Shown here: piece after piece, positions 58,321 through 64,000 of the stretch
Position numbering within the stretch: the first letter of the stretch is position 1
How the letters are laid out: each line of letters opens with the position of its first letter
Origin: a virus
Taxonomy: Duplodnaviria > Caudoviricetes
Reading direction: 5' to 3' (one strand)
IMG/VR virus record: IMGVR_UViG_3300028197_000002
DNA length: 64,000 nucleotides
Notes under the pieces: generated by a model
The model's input: the letters and a program-made list of their open reading frames with translations, nothing else
Told to the model about the DNA's origin: nothing
The model's database searches: none
Translations under genes and position numbers: made by a program

Positions 58321-58557
58321 ATGGCTTCATTTACACTTGATTTAGTAGGTGCTCCACGTAACATGGCTAGTGAGGGTGGACTTGACACATCAATTAATTA
58401 TTCTGGTGTCTCTCTACAAAGAACTGGTTACATCGAAACTGTTGACGCTAATGGAAACAGAAAGATGAACGTAAGAGTAGCTGACGGCGCAACTTTCACA
58501 GACGTTGCTCAAGCTCTCACAGATCTTACCAATGCTGGTCACAATTTCATTGTCTAA
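58321..58557 (+). CDS. Small protein, tandem paralog 1 of 3
   Basis: AGGAGG RBS; MASFTLDL...GHNFIV. Confidence 0.85.
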   Translation: MASFTLDLVGAPRNMASEGGLDTSINYSGVSLQRTGYIETVDANGNRKMNVRVADGATFTDVAQALTDLTNAGHNFIV

Positions 58558-58597
58558 TTTTAGACATATATTATAATTTTATTTTATCATTATAATA

Positions 58598-58628
58598 GCA
58601 AGCCTCGCCTTTTGGCGGGGCTTGTTTT
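58598..58628 (+). terminator. Intrinsic terminator after paralog 1
   Basis: gcaagcctcgcc-tttt-ggcggggcttgt followed by Ts. Confidence 0.8.
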
Positions 58629-58714
58629 ATGTAGAATGGAAATTTCTAAATCCAATTTCATTTTTCATAACAGTATATAATTTTGTAATGAAACTTTAAC
58701 ATAGGAGGTTTATA

Positions 58715-58993
58715 ATGGCTTCATTTACACTTGATTTAATAGGTGCTCCACTTAACATGGCTAGTGAGGGTGGACTTGACACAACGCTCGTTAATTTTGG
58801 CGATGATTCTGCGCAAAGAACTGGCTACATCGAAACTGTTGACGCTAATGGAAACAGAAAGATGAACGTAAAAATAGCTCCTCAAGTTCATGAATGGGCG
58901 TTTCAGTCCCTTAATTTTACAGACGTTCCTCAAACTCTCACAGATCTTACCAATGGTAATGTCCGTGGTCACAATTTCATTGTCGGAGCATAA
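58715..58993 (+). CDS. Small protein, tandem paralog 2 of 3 (insertion variant)
   Basis: Same leader and RBS; carries three divergent or inserted segments. Confidence 0.85.
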   Translation: MASFTLDLIGAPLNMASEGGLDTTLVNFGDDSAQRTGYIETVDANGNRKMNVKIAPQVHEWAFQSLNFTDVPQTLTDLTNGNVRGHNFIVGA

Positions 58994-59092
58994 TTTTAAC
59001 AGTCTAGTTTTAGACATATATTATAATTTTATTTTATCATTATAATAACAGTATATAATTCTGTAATGAAACTTTAACATAGGAGGTTTATA

Positions 59093-59335
59093 ATGGCTTC
59101 ATTCACACTTGATTTAGTAGGTGCTCCACTTAACATAGCTAGCGAGGGTGGACTTGACACATCAATTAGTTATTCTGGGGTCTCTCTACAAAGAACTGGT
59201 TACATCGAAACTGTTGACGCTAATGGAAACAGAAAGATGAATGTAAGAACGCCTGATGGTGCAACTTTTACAGATGTAGCTCAAACAATCGACATGCTTA
59301 CCAATGCAGGTCACAATTTCATTGTCGGAGCGTAA
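59093..59335 (+). CDS. Small protein, tandem paralog 3 of 3
   Basis: Same leader and RBS. Confidence 0.85.
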   Translation: MASFTLDLVGAPLNIASEGGLDTSISYSGVSLQRTGYIETVDANGNRKMNVRTPDGATFTDVAQTIDMLTNAGHNFIVGA

Positions 59336-59389
59336 TTTTAACGGTCTAATTTTAGACATATATTATAATTTTATTTTATCATTATAATA

Positions 59390-59420
59390 GCAAGCCTCGT
59401 CTTTTGACGGGGCTTGTTTC
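59390..59420 (+). terminator. Intrinsic terminator after paralog 3
   Basis: gcaagcctcgtc-tttt-gacggggcttgt; compensatory base-pair change relative to the 58598 copy. Confidence 0.8.
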
Positions 59421-59436
59421 ATACAAAAGGAAAAAC

Positions 59437-59931
59437 ATGAAAACTTTTTTTAAAATCAATTACATGACAATTGGAGTGACTATTCTTTTACTTTTGGGAA
59501 TTGCTTCTTATGAGATGGGAATTGGTCAATCAAATAAAGTTTATGAAATAAACAAAGGAACAGTTTTTCAATTAAGAAAAAGCGTTCACTTGAAATCAGG
59601 CAGATGCACTTGGAATAAAAAAGGAGATTCTTTATATGGAATATATTATTCATCAAGACACCTATTGCCTTCTTACGTTTCAAGTAAAACAAATTGGGAA
59701 GTTTTATGGATAACAAAAAAAAGTGTCATTCTTCCGGGACTAACTAGAACCAATAAAGAAATAGATACAACTATTTTATGTCAAAATAAGGAAGATGAAA
59801 TGTACATAGTTGCGACTCATGGAAAAGATCTTAAAATTACATACAAGGACAGAGAAGTTTGTTACGAGGGAAAAGCTGAAAAAATAAGCTTAGAAGATTT
59901 AAATAAAATATTAAAAGTCATACAACCCTAA
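59437..59931 (+). CDS. Membrane-anchored/secreted hypothetical protein
   Basis: AAGGA RBS, ATG at 59437, N-terminal hydrophobic helix. Confidence 0.5.
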   Translation: MKTFFKINYMTIGVTILLLLGIASYEMGIGQSNKVYEINKGTVFQLRKSVHLKSGRCTWNKKGDSLYGIYYSSRHLLPSYVSSKTNWEVLWITKKSVILPGLTRTNKEIDTTILCQNKEDEMYIVATHGKDLKITYKDREVCYEGKAEKISLEDLNKILKVIQP

Positions 59932-61761
59932 ATTGATTCTATCTTGGATTTGTTTTGGATGTAAGCCTTTAAATTTTTTCCATCCGCCTTGCCCAAAAGG
60001 ATGAGTTTCTTTAATTGAATAAGGATCTTCTCTCCATTTTAAAAAAACTTCATCAACATAATTATGTTTGTAATTTCCTGTTTGGTATTTGTAATACTCT
60101 TGTTTTTGAATTATTTTTTCAAAAGGCCTTACCCAAGAGTAATGATAAAAAAGTTTATCATTACTCTCGCATGTTGGAACTAAATTTTTTATCATTTGTC
60201 CTTTGCAAGTAACAAACAAATGATTGCCTCCATCATATCCGTACCCTTCTCTCCATTTAACAACTCTTTCTGCTGCAAATTGATCCCAATATCCTGTCGC
60301 TTGAGTATTTATATTATTCCAAAATGTCCAATGATTTAAATATAAACATTCATATTTTTTCATCAAATTCACTACTTCCCAAATCTGGTTAGGCTTGTAT
60401 ACCTCATCTCCATCCATTAGCCACATCCAATCCCCGGGTTTTAGGAAATCACAATAAGACCTTCTCATTTCAGCTTTGTTCTTCCAAAGCCTATTTGGAG
60501 GAGGTATTACCTTTCCTCCAAATTTTTCAACCATTGAATAGGCTATTTCCATTGTAGAATCATTTGGCAATCCTTTATCATTACACATTTTAGCTTTATG
60601 TGCGTATTCATTTCCTCCAACAACAATTATCCATTCATCAACGACAGAGGACAAACTCTCTACAGAAGGCTGTAAAAACTCTTCTTCATTACAAGCTATA
60701 ATACATCCAACCACTTTTCCATCTATATTTTTTTTAATATCACAGTGAGGAGGATTGTTCCTTTTTGAAGCAACTAAATTGTCAATTCTGCCTGTTTCTA
60801 TCCACCTAGAACTAAAATAATTAATGTTATGTTGCATAAAGCGATGACCGCCTGATCTGCTATGTCCTGACTCATGAGTAATGACCGAGTTCGGCTGGTA
60901 CATTATTTCATACCCTTCAGATCTGACTTTTAAACAAAGATCAGAATCTTCCCAATATCCAATTAAAAAGTTTTCGTCAAATCCTTCTAGGTCATAAAAC
61001 AAATTGTGTAGAATAGCAAAGCAGCATCCTGTGACCATCTCTCTCTTTTCGAGATTGTCTATATCGCTAGGAATATCTTTTATTCCAAAAGGACGCATTA
61101 TCATTTTTTGATGGTAAGAATTTCTTCCTATATGCAAAAAGCTTTTTGTTTCCCAACTCCATTCAGATCCAGCTGAGTCTAGCTGGTCTCTTCTTATTTG
61201 TTTATTCCCTACAATTCCAATGTTATCGCCAGAAGAAAAAACATCTACCATAGGCTTTATCCAATTTTTTGTAAGTTCACAGTCAGCATTTAAAAAAATT
61301 AAATACTTTCCTCTTGCGTATAAAGAGCCTATGTTGCAAGCTTTTCCATAACCACAGTTAGTACTATTTCTAATTACTTTTATGTTTTCTGAATTTTCTT
61401 TTTTATTCCAAGATTGAATTACCTTAGAGTAAGATTCATTTGGACAAAGGTCATCAACATAAATAATTTCTTTGCTTATGTTGTCATCTGTACAAGTCCA
61501 ACTTTCAATTTGTTTTTGTATCACCTTGTCGGAAGTATAAAGAGGCACAATGACAGAGACATCTATCTCCAAGTCAATAGAGTCTTTAAAGTTGCAATAA
61601 ACTAACTTGTGAGAATTGTTTGGAGAAGCTAACTTTGAAAAATTAGCTTTTAAGACTTTAGGTTTAGAAAAAGAATCGTTTGAGCTATGTCTTCTCAAAC
61701 GATTCGAATTTATTATTTTCTTTTCTTGTATTTTGCGAATTTGCTCTAAAGAAAGTCTCAT
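59911..61761 (-). CDS. Two-domain GT2 glycosyltransferase
   Basis: VSVIVPLY, YVDD, GYGKACNIG, IFLNAD, GFDENF..YWEDSDL; second GT-A domain CIIACNEE...LMDGDE. Confidence 0.88.
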   Translation of the reverse strand: MRLSLEQIRKIQEKKIINSNRLRRHSSNDSFSKPKVLKANFSKLASPNNSHKLVYCNFKDSIDLEIDVSVIVPLYTSDKVIQKQIESWTCTDDNISKEIIYVDDLCPNESYSKVIQSWNKKENSENIKVIRNSTNCGYGKACNIGSLYARGKYLIFLNADCELTKNWIKPMVDVFSSGDNIGIVGNKQIRRDQLDSAGSEWSWETKSFLHIGRNSYHQKMIMRPFGIKDIPSDIDNLEKREMVTGCCFAILHNLFYDLEGFDENFLIGYWEDSDLCLKVRSEGYEIMYQPNSVITHESGHSRSGGHRFMQHNINYFSSRWIETGRIDNLVASKRNNPPHCDIKKNIDGKVVGCIIACNEEEFLQPSVESLSSVVDEWIIVVGGNEYAHKAKMCNDKGLPNDSTMEIAYSMVEKFGGKVIPPPNRLWKNKAEMRRSYCDFLKPGDWMWLMDGDEVYKPNQIWEVVNLMKKYECLYLNHWTFWNNINTQATGYWDQFAAERVVKWREGYGYDGGNHLFVTCKGQMIKNLVPTCESNDKLFYHYSWVRPFEKIIQKQEYYKYQTGNYKHNYVDEVFLKWREDPYSIKETHPFGQGGWKKFKGLHPKQIQDRINLGLYDF

Positions 61762-62048
61762 TTATCTTCTGTTTCTGAGTCTTTTATGTTCTGCACAATA
61801 TTAAGAATCTTATCAGTAGAAAATCGTTGACCCTTAATGTCTCCAAGAACGGCGGCTGAAACAACAATTATTTCTCTTAAAAGAGTCAAAGGATCTTCCT
61901 CTTCAAATTCTTTAATTATTTGATCTAACTTTGGCTTAAGCATTGTGCGCAATCTTGCATCGACTGTAACACTCGATCCACCTAAAACATTTCTTAAGGC
62001 AATCTTAGTAACATCATTTTCTTCTAACCATTCTTTTATTGATTTCAT
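61758..62048 (-). CDS. Small protein with CTS-like N-terminus
   Basis: MKSIKEWLEE. Confidence 0.55.
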   Translation of the reverse strand: MKSIKEWLEENDVTKIALRNVLGGSSVTVDARLRTMLKPKLDQIIKEFEEEDPLTLLREIIVVSAAVLGDIKGQRFSTDKILNIVQNIKDSETEDK

Positions 62049-62554
62049 TTGTCTGTCCTTATAATTCTGTTTTTTATTTTTGAACTTTCACTATCTGAGT
62101 TTAATTCAGATTTAAATTTGTTTACTCTTCCGGCCCAACTAGAAACCTTGTCTTTAGGGACATCTAATAGTTCGGCCATAGCTTCTGCATTTGAGCATAA
62201 GTTGGAAAAAACATCCCAAAAATTACCACAATCTTTTTTAATAATATTATTCCCAATTCTTATAATATCTAAAGATTTTGATTCTTCTGCGTCGTTTTTT
62301 GATTCGCAAAATTCTTTGAAATTTCTCATATCTTTATTTATTGTTTTTTTCTTTTTTTTAAATAAAGAATCTACGTTGTATTGGGAATGATCTTTTTCAG
62401 ATCCAGCCATATACTTGCTCTTCAGCTTCTTAAATCCATCGTCTGAGGCCACATTATTCATTTGGTGCGTGAATACTTGTCCCGCACCTATGCTGTTAAC
62501 GTAGCCGCCTGAGCGTCTCATTTCTTTTAATTGGAGCCATTTGGTAAATTTCAT
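62045..62554 (-). CDS. Small protein(s) with CTS-like starts; possibly two genes fused at an A-tract
   Basis: MKFTKWLQLKE and internal MRNFKEFCE at 62329. Confidence 0.5.
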   Translation of the reverse strand: MKFTKWLQLKEMRRSGGYVNSIGAGQVFTHQMNNVASDDGFKKLKSKYMAGSEKDHSQYNVDSLFKKKKKTINKDMRNFKEFCESKNDAEESKSLDIIRIGNNIIKKDCGNFWDVFSNLCSNAEAMAELLDVPKDKVSSWAGRVNKFKSELNSDSESSKIKNRIIRTDK

Positions 62555-62566
62555 TAAGAGTATATA

Positions 62567-63268
62567 TTAATAATTCTTCCAAATATTAATATTTTTATTT
62601 TTTATCTTAATGCAATTCCATTCTTCTAAAATTCTTTTATATACTGGATCATTTGACGAAACGAGCAAAACTTTCCCCCGAGAGAAATTTATAAATTCTA
62701 AGAAGTCTAAGTTCTGATCAATGTCATCATCAAAAAGCATTGAAAAACAAAAAGATTCTTTACAATCTAAAGTTTTTGCTAAGACTAAAGGATTATTATT
62801 TAAAAAATAAACATGTTTAATTCGATCTTCTATTTGAGAAATATTTTCTGCCTGTAGTTTCCAAAAGTTTCGAGCTTTGCTTCTATCTAATTTTTTATAA
62901 TATTTTTCATTGTTTCCAACACTCATTGCAGAAAGCATATATCTAGTTATTGAAGATTTAAGATCGTCTTCTTCTTTTTCTTTAGATTCTAATAACTCAT
63001 TGAAAAAAGTTTTAGTGTATTTTGCTTTTGAAAATTTTCTTTTAAAAAATCTCGAATAATCTTTTATATGATTCCAAAATTCACAATCTTTCTCATTTTT
63101 AAAATTTACTATTTCTTCAATAGACTTTTCTTTATTCAAAAGAACACTTGCGCTGCAAAAGTTTGGAACATAGTATTCTAATTCCTCGTAGTTTTCTGGA
63201 AACAGAGGAAAGACTTCAGATAGACTTTTTAGAATATCATTATTTTTTAATGGAGACTTTAATTTCAT
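62567..63268 (-). CDS. Dam/D12-like DNA adenine methyltransferase homolog with degenerate motifs
   Basis: MKLKSPLK..FPENYEELEYYVPNFCSASVLLNK..EEIVN and KVLLVSSN..IWKNY follow the Dam layout; no GGK, F-G-G or DPPY. Confidence 0.55.
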   Translation of the reverse strand: MKLKSPLKNNDILKSLSEVFPLFPENYEELEYYVPNFCSASVLLNKEKSIEEIVNFKNEKDCEFWNHIKDYSRFFKRKFSKAKYTKTFFNELLESKEKEEDDLKSSITRYMLSAMSVGNNEKYYKKLDRSKARNFWKLQAENISQIEDRIKHVYFLNNNPLVLAKTLDCKESFCFSMLFDDDIDQNLDFLEFINFSRGKVLLVSSNDPVYKRILEEWNCIKIKNKNINIWKNY

Positions 63269-63480
63269 TTTTTTCTTAAATATATTGCATTGTTGCAGGA
63301 AGAACAAAATAAATCATAATCCCCGTAACCCAGTCTTTTACCTTCCCAAAACCAACCTTTATTTTGTTCTTTGGCACATAAAACGCAAAGAGCATCTATG
63401 ACTGCTTCTTCTCCTTCGCCCTTTTGATACCAATAACAGTTTTCTTTTATTTGATTTTCTTGTATTTGTTCTGAACTCAT
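63265..63480 (-). CDS. Small Cys-rich (zinc-binding) protein
   Basis: CVLC and CSSC pairs; ATG at 63480. Confidence 0.5.
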   Translation of the reverse strand: MSSEQIQENQIKENCYWYQKGEGEEAVIDALCVLCAKEQNKGWFWEGKRLGYGDYDLFCSSCNNAIYLRKK

Positions 63481-63514
63481 CACATACCTTTGGAGACTTT
63501 TTATTATAGTAAAC

Positions 63515-63838
63515 TCAACAAAGGTCTGTGTACTTTTTAGAATATTCTTTGTAAATAACAGTTTCGATGTAATCGTAAATGCAACTTCCATCTTTTGAGC
63601 TTGCTAATATGTAGGCTGCTACTTTTTGGTCCTTGTCAATCGAACTTGCAGCAAATAATTCTATTAATTTTTCGCCAATAGATTCTCTTTTAATTTCTTC
63701 GCCATCAAGGATTCTCATTATAAATCTAGGTGGATTATCACCTTTAATTTGGATAACGCGGTCAATACAACCATCTGCCGGTCCTCCATTTAAAATAGCA
63801 TCCCATTCATATCCATGTCCCTGCATTTTCATATCCAA
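63515..63838 (-). CDS. Hypothetical protein
   Basis: LNGGPADG motif; start probably at 63832. Confidence 0.5.
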   Translation of the reverse strand: MDMKMQGHGYEWDAILNGGPADGCIDRVIQIKGDNPPRFIMRILDGEEIKRESIGEKLIELFAASSIDKDQKVAAYILASSKDGSCIYDYIETVIYKEYSKKYTDLC

Positions 63839-63999
63839 CCTTCCAAAATAGCTTTTTTTATATCTTGAATTAAAACTTTTCTATGAAGATATTCCGATAC
63901 AGATTTTACAAATTCTTTTTCTATTTTCTTCTGTTCTTGTGCTAAATAAGACATTCCTTTGCCCTTTGCTTCTAAAAATCTTAAAACATCTATTTTAAA
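63829..63999 (-). CDS. Partial hypothetical CDS running off the window end
   Basis: Open frame FKIDVLRF...EGWI*, whose stop overlaps the next ATG. Confidence 0.4.
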   Translation of the reverse strand, partial: FKIDVLRFLEAKGKGMSYLAQEQKKIEKEFVKSVSEYLHRKVLIQDIKKAILEGWI

Positions 64000-64000
64000 A

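Noticed and set aside
58241-59420. Diversity-generating retroelement (template/variable repeat)
   Set aside because: No reverse transcriptase in the window; differences include indels and are not adenine-specific.
1-64000. Stop-codon reassignment and tRNA genes
   Set aside because: Conserved genes are full length in the standard code with TAA, TAG and TGA all used as stops; no cloverleaf/T-loop signature was found outside CDSs by eye.

Overview
This AT-rich window comes from a large T4-like (myovirus-type) dsDNA phage genome and covers its virion-morphogenesis region. It holds baseplate, tail and PKD-domain fibre genes (1-12 kb), primase and a PD-(D/E)XK nuclease (21-23 kb), the terminase large subunit (33.4-35.3 kb), a repeat-rich tail fibre, and the T4-order head module of portal (with a 233-aa intein), large core protein, prohead protease, scaffold and major capsid protein (42.5-50.1 kb). 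Scattered among these are about 8 glycosyltransferase-like, 2 sulfotransferase-like and 5 non-maturation peptidase genes, a SET-domain protein, an actin-fold ATPase, MscL, Pmp3, ferritin-like proteins and a degenerate Dam-like protein. The strongest signal not explained by ORFs is a ~980-nt minus-strand non-coding locus (about 51566-52545). It has its own sigma70-like promoter and intrinsic terminator and is packed with GNRA/UUCG-capped hairpins, so it is a candidate giant structured ncRNA of the ROOL/GOLLD class or a new class. Also notable are three tandem ~80-aa paralogs that differ mainly in three short segments, and several proteins with N-termini resembling the T4 capsid-targeting sequence. 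No tRNA, rRNA, CRISPR array or reverse transcriptase was recognised. All protein calls come from motif recognition by eye; no database search was run.
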